A stretch of 64,000 nt of DNA from Acidimicrobiia bacterium UBA4744 (GCA_002403855.1 DHIO01000022.1:38-64037), one strand, 5' to 3'. Shown: positions 40,189 through 50,835, counted from the stretch's first letter. The notes: generated from the letters alone by a model not told the origin. Numbers and translations are program-made.

Positions 40189-40380
40189 TTATGCATCGAG
40201 CTCGGCGAGCTCGGCTTCGAGGATTTCGATCTCCTTCATGTACCGCCAGGCGGGGATTTCTGCCGGTTCGCCCCGCTCGAGCCTGTCGATCTCGTTGTTG
40301 ATCTCCTCGGCGGTGAGCCGGTGATCATGCTCGGGATTGAGCTCGGTTCTCTCGCGTATGCGTTGTTGTGTGGTGGTCAT
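40189..40380 (-). CDS. Small acidic helical hypothetical protein
   Basis: MTTTQQRIRERTEL..EIEILEAELAELDA, codon usage typical of the genome. Confidence 0.55.
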   Translation of the reverse strand: MTTTQQRIRERTELNPEHDHRLTAEEINNEIDRLERGEPAEIPAWRYMKEIEILEAELAELDA

Positions 40381-40846
40381 ATGATCCCCCATCGTTGCTC
40401 CACGTCGAGCAGCCTGGTAGCGAGGTCGGTTGGTTGGTGCAGATCAGCGGTAAAGATCCAGACCGCCTTACGGGCATTGCAGATGATCAACCTCTCGAAA
40501 GAAGCAGAGTCGCCCATATCCTTGCGAACCCGACCGCCGGCCTCATTCACGGTCGCTCAGCATATGCGCACACAGGCAGACCTCCGGGTATTTCCCTCTC
40601 GAGACTCATCGACAATCGGAGCGAAGTGGTGGCTTCTTCGGGCCCAGCGCGTTGGAACGCGCAGGAATCAACGCTGCCCGTGGAATTCCTGGTGTGGACT
40701 CGGGCGAGGTGGCGGTGCCGCGAGCCCCCGAAGTTGAGAGCCTCAGGAGGTCGTGACTCACGCCCGGCACCACAGGACAGTCTGGAAGCCCCGAGGATGT
40801 GACGGAGTCGCTACTGTCGCCTGAACACCGCTGCCGAAGGCAATAC

Positions 40847-42526
40847 ATGAGCACAAAGGACGCTCCCGGCACAACCTCAAACTCGCGCAGTGGCGTCGTT
40901 TTGGCCATTCTCTCCGCCGCCATGTTCGTCTACGTCATCGACACCACATTGATGAACGTTTCGATTTCGGCACTCGTCAAGGATCTCGACACCACCGTCG
41001 GTGCCGTCCAGGGAGCCATCACCCTGTACACGCTGACGATGGCCGCTTTCATGCTGACCGGTGGAAAACTCGGGGACATCTGGGGGTCGAAGCGAGCCTT
41101 CCGCATCGGGCTGGTCATATACGGAACCGGTACCACGATCACCGCGTTCGCCCCGACGCTGGCCTGGGTGATCATTGGCTGGTCGATTCTGGAAGGTATC
41201 GGGTCGGCGCTGATCGTCCCCGCCATCAACACGCTGGTACGCGCCAACTTCGACGGGAGCAAGCGCGCCACCGCATACGGTTTGCTGTTCGGAGTCGCCG
41301 CCGCGGGGGCCGCATTCGGGCCGCTGATTGGCGGCTGGATCACCACCGCCTATAGCTGGCGCCTGGCTTTCGGCATCGAGGCGATCATCGTGCTCGGTGT
41401 GCTGGTCTCGTCGGGACTGCTCGCTGATGCGCCACCCGTTGTCCCGAAGCCCAAGCTGGACGCGATCGGCGTGATCCTCTCGGCACCCGGACTCGGATTG
41501 TTCGTTTTGGGCATCCTGCAGACCGCCGAGCGGGGCTGGGATGATCCACTGGTCATCTCGATGATCGTCGGAGGCCTCGCCATCCTCGGTGTGTTCGTGT
41601 GGTGGATCCGTCGCCAGGAAGCTCGTAACGCACCGGTTCTGGTGCACCCTTCAATCTTCCGTCATCGGTCGATTGGCGCAGGACTGCCTGTCTTGTCGAC
41701 TCAGACTTTCGCTCAGGCCGGGCTGCTGTTTCTGATTCCGGTGTTCACCCAAGCGATCCTCGGCTTCGATGCATTTGAGACCGGCCTCACCCTGTTGCCA
41801 CTATCGATTGGCGTTCTGGTGACATCGGTGACCACGCCACGCCTCGGTCGCATCATCTACCCGAAGTACATCGTACAGGCCGGCCTGGTTCTCCTCTTCG
41901 TCGGGGGGTTCGTCCTCGCCGAGTCGCTGGCAGACGCAACGGAGGGCACCGACATGGCACTCGGCCTTCTGATTGGTGGCATCGCCATTGGGCTGATCGC
42001 CGGTCAGCTGCCGAACATGATCCTCAGTGGAGTCCGGCCGGACGAAGCAAGCGAGGCCTCCGGCCTCCAAGGCACTGCTCAGAACCTCGGAATGGCACTC
42101 GGTACGGCCATCATTGGGACCGTGATCTTGTCGGTAGCCCTGTCGTCCATCGCGGCAGATGTCAAGGAGAGCGGCGCCATCCCCGGCGACCTCAAGGCGC
42201 AGATCGAGACGACACTCGACACCGGCTTGACGGAACCCAGTATCCGCCGGTTGCAGGATGCGCTCTCCGCGGCACCGCCGGAGGTGCAAGCCGAGGCGCA
42301 GCTCATCTTTGATGAGAGCACGCTGCGGGGCTTCCAGGGCGCCATCCTCGCCGGCGGCTTGGTCGCCCTCCTGGGCGCTCTGATGGCATTCCGCCTCCCC
42401 AGGAAGAAACTCGAAGGCGCTCCGGAGGAAGGCGCCGAGAAGGTCGTCGCGGAGACCGTCCGCAACACCACCATCCCCGGCATGCAACTCGAGATGGAGG
42501 ACCTTCAGGCAACTCCGCCGGAATAG
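40847..42526 (+). CDS. MFS DHA2 (EmrB/QacA-like) transporter
   Basis: IDTTLMNVSI, GGKLGDIWG, GPLIGG, about 14 TMs. Confidence 0.92.
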   Translation: MSTKDAPGTTSNSRSGVVLAILSAAMFVYVIDTTLMNVSISALVKDLDTTVGAVQGAITLYTLTMAAFMLTGGKLGDIWGSKRAFRIGLVIYGTGTTITAFAPTLAWVIIGWSILEGIGSALIVPAINTLVRANFDGSKRATAYGLLFGVAAAGAAFGPLIGGWITTAYSWRLAFGIEAIIVLGVLVSSGLLADAPPVVPKPKLDAIGVILSAPGLGLFVLGILQTAERGWDDPLVISMIVGGLAILGVFVWWIRRQEARNAPVLVHPSIFRHRSIGAGLPVLSTQTFAQAGLLFLIPVFTQAILGFDAFETGLTLLPLSIGVLVTSVTTPRLGRIIYPKYIVQAGLVLLFVGGFVLAESLADATEGTDMALGLLIGGIAIGLIAGQLPNMILSGVRPDEASEASGLQGTAQNLGMALGTAIIGTVILSVALSSIAADVKESGAIPGDLKAQIETTLDTGLTEPSIRRLQDALSAAPPEVQAEAQLIFDESTLRGFQGAILAGGLVALLGALMAFRLPRKKLEGAPEEGAEKVVAETVRNTTIPGMQLEMEDLQATPPE

Positions 42527-42726
42527 AAACACAACGGCGCTCCGGCGTTCCAGTCGCCCGCTTCCGGGCGAACCAAGGCGGCCAACGTCTCACCAGCCGA
42601 CCGACCCCACCACCCGCATCCCCGCGACGACACACTTCAGATGTCCTCGAACCGGCCGATGACGCGATTGCGTGGCAAGCACCGGTGGGGCGTTGTGACG
42701 TCGAGGTGATCCTTCAACTCGAGGGC

Positions 42727-43908
42727 CTAGGGCGAAGCATCCAGATATCGGCGTTCGACTATCGGGTGCTGGGCGATCTTGTTGGCGGCGTAGAGGCCGG
42801 TGATGTAGGCGTCCTCGAGCCCGCAGACGTTGTGGTCGCCGATCAGATACAAACCCGGCCCCTGTTCACACTCCAGAAGTGCATCGCCTTCAAGGTGAAA
42901 GGCCGGTGCCCAGTGCTTGTGCTCAACCACCTCCCAATTGGAGAAATAGCCATCGAAATCGGGCCTCTCGGACTGGGAGCAGAACAGCGTAGAGCTGTCA
43001 GATTGTTGGGCGATGGCGAGGGTCGGGTGATCACCCGGGAAGAGGCTGATGGCGGCGCCCGCCCACGGCGAGCGGAGGTTGCCCTTGATCTGGAACATAT
43101 GAGCCCGAACCGGGTTCTTCACGTCACCGAGGGCGAGCAGTCGTTTCGCAACGTCGGTGGGGGTGGCCACCACCACATGATCGGCAGCGAAGACTCCGCT
43201 CCTACTGGTTTCGACTCGATATCCCACGACGTCCGGGGTGATCCTGGTGACCGTGTCGATGAGCACAGCGTCCTCGAAGCCCGCCTGCAGGAGATCGAAC
43301 CGGAAGAAGAACTCGTAGATGGGGACGATGGCCGGCAGCGCCAGCTGCAACAGCGGGAACGCAGTCAGCCTCTCCAGGGAGGTGAAGGCGGTGCCGTGCA
43401 CCGCCGGACCCAGGTAGGTCCTGGCTATCTCGTTGATCCGATGCCGGCGGACGAACTGTTCCGCGGGTTCGCGGTAGAGGTCCCACAGCAACGGATCCGC
43501 GCGGATGGCACGAGCTTGCGACATGCCTACGGAGTTCGCTGTGAAGATCCGGTAGCGCCGGTAGAACTGAGCCAGCAGGCGGAGGAACCGGATGCCTTGG
43601 GGTAGGTGAAGGAGAAGCCGCCGGTCCCAATAGGTATAAGCGCCGTCGACATCGTGACGGACCGTCGATAGGGCGTTGATGCGGCGCCCGAATCGAACGT
43701 AGCGGTTGACGTGGGCGTAGTCGGCCCGCACGTAGTAGGCACCGAGATTGACGGCACCGTCCTGGGAGCGTTGGATCCGTCCCCCCACATCCTCCGAGAT
43801 CATGAGAAAAGGACGCCGGGCATCACAGAGGCTCCTGGCGCACGCCAGGCCGGCGATCCCCGCCCCGACGATGATTGTGCCCCGGGCCCTTTCCCTCGTC
43901 TCGGTCAT
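42727..43908 (-). CDS. FAD-dependent oxidoreductase (amine oxidase/PPOX-like)
   Basis: IIVGAGIAGLACA, VGGRI, ADHVVVATP, LIGDH. Confidence 0.82.
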   Translation of the reverse strand: MTETRERARGTIIVGAGIAGLACARSLCDARRPFLMISEDVGGRIQRSQDGAVNLGAYYVRADYAHVNRYVRFGRRINALSTVRHDVDGAYTYWDRRLLLHLPQGIRFLRLLAQFYRRYRIFTANSVGMSQARAIRADPLLWDLYREPAEQFVRRHRINEIARTYLGPAVHGTAFTSLERLTAFPLLQLALPAIVPIYEFFFRFDLLQAGFEDAVLIDTVTRITPDVVGYRVETSRSGVFAADHVVVATPTDVAKRLLALGDVKNPVRAHMFQIKGNLRSPWAGAAISLFPGDHPTLAIAQQSDSSTLFCSQSERPDFDGYFSNWEVVEHKHWAPAFHLEGDALLECEQGPGLYLIGDHNVCGLEDAYITGLYAANKIAQHPIVERRYLDASP

Positions 43909-44349
43909 GTCTCTGCGTCCGGGCCGGATATCACCAAGCGGCTCACCCATCCGCTCTCGAACGTCCTCATCTCTTCAGGCCTCGAGCCACCAATCTGCCT
44001 GCCGCGTCTCATCCCTTGCCGTCGGCCGGCCACCCGGGCAACCTCCAAACCTACACCCCGGCCGAACAACCCTGTCCCCGATCACCGGAGAAGCCCTCCC
44101 GGCCCAATACAGCACGCCAAGCAGGAGAGAACCGGTAGCAGGTGGTCGGCGGTGGGGATCGTCACCACAGCGGTGTTTGGGTTGGAGAGCTGAGCCAAAT
44201 GCCGCCACCCCCGGCGGGGCGTTGGGTCCCAGGCCATCACGCAAGAATGAGGGCCACCACCAACCACTCGATGACGTTTCAAGGTGCTGCCGCCACATCA
44301 AGCCGGCTGTCGCGTCATGCTCTGCTTCACCTCCTGGAGCGGGCCGAGG

Positions 44350-44712
44350 CTATACCCACCTCCACGCATACCAGACAATCAGTGCATTGAACACAAAGCC
44401 AAAGAAGATCAGAAAGTTGTCGTACGCGGAAGGGTAGGGCAAGCCAAAGAGGTTGAAGATGACCAGCAATATGGCTACGACGATGCTGACCCAGCGAATG
44501 GCGGGATAGCTCAACGTCAGGGTCAGGACGACCATGACAATAGGAATCAGCATGACTACAGCAGCCCCCAACCACATCCACTGAGTCGCCTGCCGGCCGT
44601 CTATCTCGCCCGCAGTGAAGTCGCCGGCGAATATCCGCAACACATCCCCCAAGAGATAGGTCAGCATGAGAGCTACCCATGACCCTGAAAGGATGATCCT
44701 CACCTCCGGCAC
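44350..44712 (-). CDS. DUF6326 membrane protein
   Basis: LSGSWVALMLTYLLGDVL, IVWYAWRW; GAAGGAGG RBS. Confidence 0.85.
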   Translation of the reverse strand: MPEVRIILSGSWVALMLTYLLGDVLRIFAGDFTAGEIDGRQATQWMWLGAAVVMLIPIVMVVLTLTLSYPAIRWVSIVVAILLVIFNLFGLPYPSAYDNFLIFFGFVFNALIVWYAWRWV

Positions 44713-44801
44713 GACTCAATCGCCTCCTTCTTGAAGATGTGCGCACCCCAGCCTGCCTCGAATAGACAAAGGCGGGTGTCGTGCGATACGGGCCAACATT
44801 C

Positions 44802-44910
44802 TCACTCGACAGTAACGACGATCTTCCCTCGCGTAGGTTCTTCTCCCCAACAGCCGAGAGCTTCGGCGGTCTGGTTCAGCGGATAGCTTCCGTCGATGAC
44901 CGGCGTAGAG
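44802..44910 (-). pseudogene. C-terminal remnant of an NAD(P)-dependent Zn-ADH/quinone oxidoreductase
   Basis: Manual translation TPVIDGSYPLNQTAEALGCWGEEPTRGKIVVTVE* resembles the PVIDxxYPL..GKxVxxV tail. Confidence 0.6.
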
Positions 44911-44954
44911 GTCGTTTGGTTCGTCGTACAAGAAGGTTCTTGTCCTGCTCTCGC

Positions 44955-45854
44955 CTACGGTACCGGCGCCCACGACGGGCTGTCGTCCTCAGCGGGGTGG
45001 TCGGTGAGGCGGATGACGTTGGAGCCGTCGGCGTCCATGACGAAGATCTCCTCGTCGCCGTCGCGGTCCGAACGGAAAACGATATGAAGCCCATCGGGAG
45101 ACCAGTCGGAGCAGCAATCTTCGGCGGGGTTGTCGGTGAGGCGGATGACGTTGGAGCCGTCGGCGTCCATCACGAAGATCTCGAAGTTGTCATCATCGCG
45201 ATCGGAGGAGAAGGCGATGCGGCTGCCGTCCGGCGACCAGGCGGGGGCATCCTCATTCGCGGGGTTGTTGGTGAGGTTGCCGACGTTGGAGCCGTCGGCG
45301 TCCATCACGAAGACCTCGTAGTTGTCGCCATCACGATCAGAGACAAAGGCGATGCGGTTGCCGTCCGGCGACCAGACGGGGCTGGTGTCTTCGGCAGGGT
45401 TGTCGGTGAGGCGAGCGACGTTGGAGCCGTCGGCGTCCATGACGTAGACCTCTTCGTTGCCGTCGCGGTTGGAACGAAAGGCGATGCGGTTGCCGTCCGG
45501 AGACCAGGAGGGATGTTGGTCACTTGCGGAGCTATTGGTGACGTTGCCGACGTTGGAGCCGTCGGCATCCATCACGAAGACCTCGGCGCTGCCGTCGCGG
45601 AGGGAAGCGAAGACTATGCGACTGCCGTCGGGAGACCAGTCCGGAAAGCCGTCGGCAGCGGAGTTGTTGGTGAGGTTGCCGACGTTGGAGCCGTCGGCAT
45701 CCATTACGTAGACCTCGACGTTGCCGTCGCGGTCGGAGTCGAAAGCGATCTTGCCGGAGAACTCCGAGGCGTCACCCCGACCATCGCCGCACGCAGCCGC
45801 AAGGAGGGCCAAGCCAAGCAACGTGGTGCAGATCCGAAGCAGCTTCGTCGTCAT
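44955..45854 (-). CDS. TolB-like PD40 six-bladed beta-propeller lipoprotein
   Basis: LAAAC lipobox; six repeats of WSPDG..IAF.S.RDG..E(V/I)(F/Y)VMDADGSNV. Confidence 0.93.
   Translation of the reverse strand: MTTKLLRICTTLLGLALLAAACGDGRGDASEFSGKIAFDSDRDGNVEVYVMDADGSNVGNLTNNSAADGFPDWSPDGSRIVFASLRDGSAEVFVMDADGSNVGNVTNSSASDQHPSWSPDGNRIAFRSNRDGNEEVYVMDADGSNVARLTDNPAEDTSPVWSPDGNRIAFVSDRDGDNYEVFVMDADGSNVGNLTNNPANEDAPAWSPDGSRIAFSSDRDDDNFEIFVMDADGSNVIRLTDNPAEDCCSDWSPDGLHIVFRSDRDGDEEIFVMDADGSNVIRLTDHPAEDDSPSWAPVP
45015..45704. repeat. Six intragenic tandem repeats with 132-135 nt period
   Basis: GACGTTGGAGCCGTCGGC(G/A)TCCAT at 45015, 45147, 45282, 45417, 45549, 45681. Confidence 0.9.
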
Positions 45855-46152
45855 GGATCGCCTCCCCTTTCATCACCGTCAACATCTTCCCGCTCAGGGA
45901 ATCATCGCGCACTCGAGGGAGGGTCTGCACGGCTTCCTCGACAGCGCAACAGGGCCGATACAGGGCAAACGGCCCGACGAGCCGCCTTTGCCCTCTGAGG
46001 GCACTGCCTCGGCCCTCGTGCACACCGGCGGAGCCATGCTTGATCCGAATGCGATGGTTGCCGTGTCCCTGGGGTTTGGGCAGCCTCCGTCTGTGGCGAC
46101 GGGACCGCGCCTTCTCGAAGGGTCGCCCAACCGATCAGCAGCGGCCTCGGTC

Positions 46153-46776
46153 CTACCGGCCGGGTTCGGCCAGATCCTTCGCCGTTCTCAGGGCCGCCCG
46201 CAGCACCACCCCCACAAACAAACGCACCAGCCACCAGTAGCGGCCGAACCTGCTTCGGGACTCCTCATCGGTGCCGGCGGTCCGGGCCTCGTAGCTCAGA
46301 AGGGTGCGGCCCTCCCCGTAGCTGCGCATCGAGAACCCAGCGGCGATCTTGGCGAACCCCGCTTCGGCGAACGCAGCGAACTCGTCGGGCGGCACCCGCT
46401 TCCATTCGATCTGCGGCTGCCACACCTTGCCGACGGCCCCGAACACCAACTCGCGTGGGGGTGCCTCTCCCAGCGGGACCCATCCCTCCAGAAGCGCTGG
46501 ATCAACAGATTCCTCGAAGAAATCGGCGAGCCGCATGGCTGGAGGCGGAGGAGTTGGCGGCTCTCTCCGTATCCATCGGCCGATACGGTCGGGCAGCATG
46601 CGCACGAACATCGCCGCGTCCATCAAAGGAGAGTGGATACTGAGGAAGTCCATCTCCCGGACCGTCCTATACACAACCTCGGGTGGAGCGTCGATTACCC
46701 CATGCTCGACGATCGTTTCATCGAAAAGGGGAAGGAACTCATCGATCAACATCCCCGGGTGACTCTCGCTGGTCAT
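46153..46776 (-). CDS. Conserved hypothetical protein (DUF2867/SRPBCC-like)
   Basis: LIDEFLP, IDAPPEVVY, ELVFGAVGKVW, TDEESRSRFGRYW. Confidence 0.8.
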   Translation of the reverse strand: MTSESHPGMLIDEFLPLFDETIVEHGVIDAPPEVVYRTVREMDFLSIHSPLMDAAMFVRMLPDRIGRWIRREPPTPPPPAMRLADFFEESVDPALLEGWVPLGEAPPRELVFGAVGKVWQPQIEWKRVPPDEFAAFAEAGFAKIAAGFSMRSYGEGRTLLSYEARTAGTDEESRSRFGRYWWLVRLFVGVVLRAALRTAKDLAEPGR

Positions 46777-46940
46777 CGTCTCCACCTTCCTCGGCCGTAC
46801 GGCGGGCCGTTCCACCTCAATCATGCCGCAAATCCGGCCCACCTGCCGCAGCGGCCCGCTCCCCTGCCGGCGGGCAGCTCAGTCCCCACAGCGCCCGCGG
46901 CGCTCCTTTGCTTTCGGTCCTGTCTTCGACAGGATCCCTC

Positions 46941-48395
46941 CTAGGGCACGTACACCGGGAGAGTGGTGACTCGAAAAGTGCCGTCGTCGGCGACGACCGC
47001 GAAGGGGAATTGGGTTTCCGGTGGAGAGCCCGCTTCGTCTCCACAGCAGGGACCTCGGGTGAAGAGCTCGCCGCCGGGCGTCTCCAACTCCACCCAGAAC
47101 TGGTAGGTGCCGTTGGTGATCAAACCAGACACCACACTTCGAATTCGTAGGTCACAGACCAACTGATGGCACGCTGCCTCCAAGAGGGCGACACGGTCCG
47201 TAGAATCGATCCCCGGGTTCCAGTCGATCACCTCGTCGAAACCGCCTGCGTACAAATCGGATGCTGTGGGGTAGTCGCCGGTATGCATGGAGTTCAGGAA
47301 CACTTCCAAGGTGGCCACGGCCGATCGCACTTGGGGTGTGTCGGGAAGCCCAACAGGCTCTCTGGTGGGTAGGTCGAGAAACGATGCGTTCACCCACCCG
47401 AGCTCGGTCAGTCGCCACGTCCCACCGTCAGTCGCCAGGGCGGATTCGTCGGTCACCCTGACGACGGCGCCCGGCGCCAGCTCACCTGTCCGGAAGTACT
47501 CGACTCCGGGGCCGGCCCGCACGTTGAGGGTGTCACCGGCGGGCACATCGGCCACTGTTGCCGTCAGCGCCGACTCGGCCAGGACTCCCTCGAGGGTGCA
47601 CTGGTTCGGATACCACCTGGCCAGTTCGGGACTACAACCGCCGTGGGTGAGCACACCTGCGTTCACCAACAGCATTCCTTCCCAGGTTGCACGCGACGAG
47701 ATGCCCTCACAGGCGGATTCGCCCCAGCACAGCGTCGACCGGTCGAGCCCGAGCACCTCTGGATGGTGGAACACAGTCGCCTCCAAAGGATCCAGAAAGG
47801 AGAAGAGCTGATGTGACGTCCCGGCCCGGCTACCCGGATCCCATCGCTCGTCCCCTATTCGGAAGTCGACGTGGGCAATCCCATCCGCGTCGATCTCGGC
47901 GACCACCTCGATCTGATCAGCCTCAGGAACGAAATCGAAACCCGTCGACAGCCCGAAGGCCCGTTCCGCCGGAGTCATGCCAACCACCAGCGCCGACAAC
48001 GCCTGCTCGAGCGTTGGAGTCTCGTCACCGGGCCGGTACACCGGATAGAGCCAGGTGCCCGTGTCGAAATTGCAGATCGCGTAATGGGTGAGCACCGTAT
48101 CGGAAGGCTGCATCATCTCTGCATCGAGACACTGCGACGTGACCGCAGTCGTCGTGGTAGTCATCGGTACGGACGTCGAAGTCGTAGACGTTGCGGCTGT
48201 GGACGGCGCGGACCCGGCGTCGGCGCCGGATCGAGGCGTCGATGCTCCAGTCGACGAAGCAGACCCGGGCGCTTCCCCACCGACCTCCGACTCACACGCC
48301 ACGAGCGTCAACAACGCGCCGAGCAATAGCGTGGCGGACCTCACCCAACCATTCACCGATCGATCCCTGTGGCTCACCTCTCTCAGACGTTTCAT
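46941..48395 (-). CDS. Multidomain lipoprotein (Thr linker, GerMN-like, SH3b)
   Basis: LVAC lipobox; LEQALSALVVGMTPAERAFGLST; LNVRAGPG..GWVNASFL. Confidence 0.75.
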   Translation of the reverse strand: MKRLREVSHRDRSVNGWVRSATLLLGALLTLVACESEVGGEAPGSASSTGASTPRSGADAGSAPSTAATSTTSTSVPMTTTTTAVTSQCLDAEMMQPSDTVLTHYAICNFDTGTWLYPVYRPGDETPTLEQALSALVVGMTPAERAFGLSTGFDFVPEADQIEVVAEIDADGIAHVDFRIGDERWDPGSRAGTSHQLFSFLDPLEATVFHHPEVLGLDRSTLCWGESACEGISSRATWEGMLLVNAGVLTHGGCSPELARWYPNQCTLEGVLAESALTATVADVPAGDTLNVRAGPGVEYFRTGELAPGAVVRVTDESALATDGGTWRLTELGWVNASFLDLPTREPVGLPDTPQVRSAVATLEVFLNSMHTGDYPTASDLYAGGFDEVIDWNPGIDSTDRVALLEAACHQLVCDLRIRSVVSGLITNGTYQFWVELETPGGELFTRGPCCGDEAGSPPETQFPFAVVADDGTFRVTTLPVYVP

Positions 48396-48419
48396 CGACC
48401 CTTCCCGGTTCCCGGACCA

Positions 48420-48600
48420 GCCAACCACAGAGTATGGAGACTGCCGCCGCCGCCTGAAAGACGACCACTGAGACCGTGACGGCGACGCTGTTCGGCACAA
48501 GCACTTCTTCGATGAAGTGTGCGGAGGTAGAAGCCACGTCAGCTCCGCCATGTCGCGATAGAACTCCTCACCATAGCCCCGACCACGTGCACTCAATGAT
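48420..48600 (-). pseudogene. Frameshifted membrane-protein remnant
   Basis: EFYRDMAELTWLLPP continues in another frame as FIEEVLVPNSVAVTVSVVVFQAAAAVSIL. Confidence 0.4.
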
Positions 48601-48706
48601 CGGGATTTGGCGCCGTGTGGTCTGCTCCGGGTATCTTGTCTTGCGGGATGGTGCGCAGGTCAGGCTTCTGTGGTGTGCGGCGCCGGCCTGGTGAAGGGAG
48701 GCCGCA

Positions 48707-48979
48707 ATGAACAAGGCTGAGCAAACCATGGTTGACGAGTTCCATGGCCTCTCCTCAGCTGTGTGGACCTCCAACCCGGCGCGGTCCCACCGGTTGTCGG
48801 GTGAACTGCGAGCCGGGACCGTGTCGGTGAGCAACGTCGATCAGGCCGACATCTCGGCCCCGTTCGGCGGATTCAAGCAGTCCGGTTTCGGCGGCAAGGT
48901 CAAGTCGTTGTGGGCGATCAACGAGTACGCCAACAACCACGTGGATCAACATCGGCAGGAGAGGACGCCGACGCAATGA
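48707..48979 (+). pseudogene. Aldehyde dehydrogenase (PuuC-like) C-terminal remnant
   Basis: GLSSAVWTSN..LRAGTVSV..APFGGFKQSGFGG; catalytic and NAD-binding domains absent. Confidence 0.8.
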
Positions 48980-50568
48980 AGGACCACGAGCTCCCCGAGG
49001 GCGACGTCACGCTCCGCGAGCAGGATGCCGAGCCGGGCATCGACCGGCATGCCATCTGGAAGGGTCTGCAACGGCCCGCGGCATTGCGCGGCCTGGCGGT
49101 GCTGGTCGTCGGGGTCGTTGCGCTGGCCGCTCCTCAACTATCCGCCTGGCTGCTGTCGTTGCTCATCGGCATTGCCCTGCTCGTCGCCGGCGGAACCGAC
49201 ACTGTGGCTGCGTTGCGGAGCCGCCCCGTGGCGAGGGCCGATCTGGGCCGGGGGGTGCTCCTGCTCGGAGGCGGGACGGCGCTGCTCGCCCTGCGCCGGA
49301 TCGGTGTAGGCGCTGTGGCAGGGCTGGTCGGCGGCGTCATCGCCATGCGGGGCGTCCTCGATCTCGTCCGGGTGGCCACCCAACAGGACGTCGAGGATCG
49401 CGGTTGGCAGGTGTTGCGCGGCGTAGCTCAAGTACTTCTCGGCGCCCTCATCGCCGTCTCCGAAGGTGACCTGCTCCTCTTTCTGGTCGCGTTGATGGCG
49501 ATCGTGTGGATCATCGCCGGCGGCGTGGCGCTCGCCGAAGAGGTGTCCGTCGCCGACACCGGGAACGTGGTGCTCGACTGGCTGCACCACCGCGACATGG
49601 GCCCGGAGGAACGCAGCGCCGTCATCAACAAGGTGATCTTCGAGGGCGAGGCCGCCCGGGGCAGGATCTCCCGGTTCATCGCTTTGATGGCGTTCTCCAC
49701 GGCCATTGCCACGTTTGGCATCAACGCGGACTCCACTGCGGTGGTCATCGGCGCCATGCTGATCGCGCCGCTGATGACTCCGATCATGGCCACGTCGGCA
49801 TCGATGCTTATGGGTTGGCCGAAGCGGGCGACCCGGTCGCTGTTCCTGGTGGCGGGTGGAATTGCCGTCGCCGTCGCCGGATCGTGGCTCCTTTCGCGTT
49901 ACTTCCCGGTGCTCGAAGTCACGGCCAACTCGCAGATCCTGAGCCGGGTGTCGCCGAACACGGTGGACTTGATGATTGCCTTTGCGGCCGGTGCCGCCGG
50001 CGCGTTCGCGCTTTCCCGGCCCGACGTTTCCGATTCGCTGCCCGGCGTGGCGATCGCGGTAGCGTTGGTCCCGCCGTTGACGGTGATCGGGATCACCCTC
50101 GAGGCGGGGGAGCTCGAGTTCGCGATGGGGGCGACCTTGCTGTTCTTCACGAACCTGGTGGGGGTGATCCTGGCAGCGGGGGTCACGTTCGTCTTCGTCG
50201 GTTTGTCCCCGTGGTTCCATCTCGAAGCGAACCAGCGCGAGATCAATCGCTCGTTCGCCACTGTGGGCGTAGCGTTGCTATTGATCGCGATCCCGCTCTC
50301 GATGGCCGGCGATGAGGTGTTCACGGCGGTGACCAATCAGGGCACGGCGAGCACCGTCGTCGAAGAGTGGCTCGAGTCTGCTCCGGGGTATCGGACGGTT
50401 TCGGTCGCGATCCGAGGGAGCGAGGCCGAGGTGGCGGTCGTGGGATCCGGCCCGCTGCCGGCGCCGGAGAGCCTGGCCGCCGGCTTTGCCGCCGAGTTCG
50501 ACCGTGAGATCACAGTCGACCTGTCGGTGATTCCGGAGGAACGGTTCGAGGTGACCGGCGAGCCGTGA
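48976..50568 (+). CDS. DUF389 protein with N-terminal HdeD/DUF308-like TM domain
   Basis: DSTAVVIGAMLIAPLMTPI, GVAIAVALVPPL; extra ~6 TM N-terminus. Confidence 0.88.
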   Translation: MKDHELPEGDVTLREQDAEPGIDRHAIWKGLQRPAALRGLAVLVVGVVALAAPQLSAWLLSLLIGIALLVAGGTDTVAALRSRPVARADLGRGVLLLGGGTALLALRRIGVGAVAGLVGGVIAMRGVLDLVRVATQQDVEDRGWQVLRGVAQVLLGALIAVSEGDLLLFLVALMAIVWIIAGGVALAEEVSVADTGNVVLDWLHHRDMGPEERSAVINKVIFEGEAARGRISRFIALMAFSTAIATFGINADSTAVVIGAMLIAPLMTPIMATSASMLMGWPKRATRSLFLVAGGIAVAVAGSWLLSRYFPVLEVTANSQILSRVSPNTVDLMIAFAAGAAGAFALSRPDVSDSLPGVAIAVALVPPLTVIGITLEAGELEFAMGATLLFFTNLVGVILAAGVTFVFVGLSPWFHLEANQREINRSFATVGVALLLIAIPLSMAGDEVFTAVTNQGTASTVVEEWLESAPGYRTVSVAIRGSEAEVAVVGSGPLPAPESLAAGFAAEFDREITVDLSVIPEERFEVTGEP

Positions 50569-50835
50569 CGGCGGTTACCGCAGCCAGATCGCAGCGTTCG
50601 ACAGCACCGGCTCGCCGCGTTTCTCGGTAGTGACCGACAAGTCGACGGCCTTCGCGGCGCCCGGCGGGGCGCCGTTGGGGACGGTGTTGCGGAGGGTGCA
50701 GCTGCCGTATCGGTTCTTCGGACCTATCCCCACCACCGCTCACCGATACCCCTCACCGTGTGAACTCAACGACCCCGCCGATCCTCAAGGATCCTCCGGA
50801 TGGCGCCGTACGCGCCTCTCTAGCATGAACGGGCT

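Noticed and set aside
45015-45704. Regularly spaced 24-nt repeats resembling a CRISPR array
   Set aside because: The period is a multiple of 3, the spacers resemble each other, and the array encodes PD40 blades; no cas genes are present.
44781-46944. 405-aa and 407-aa + strand ORFs
   Set aside because: Shadows of clear minus-strand genes (PD40 propeller, DUF2867-like).
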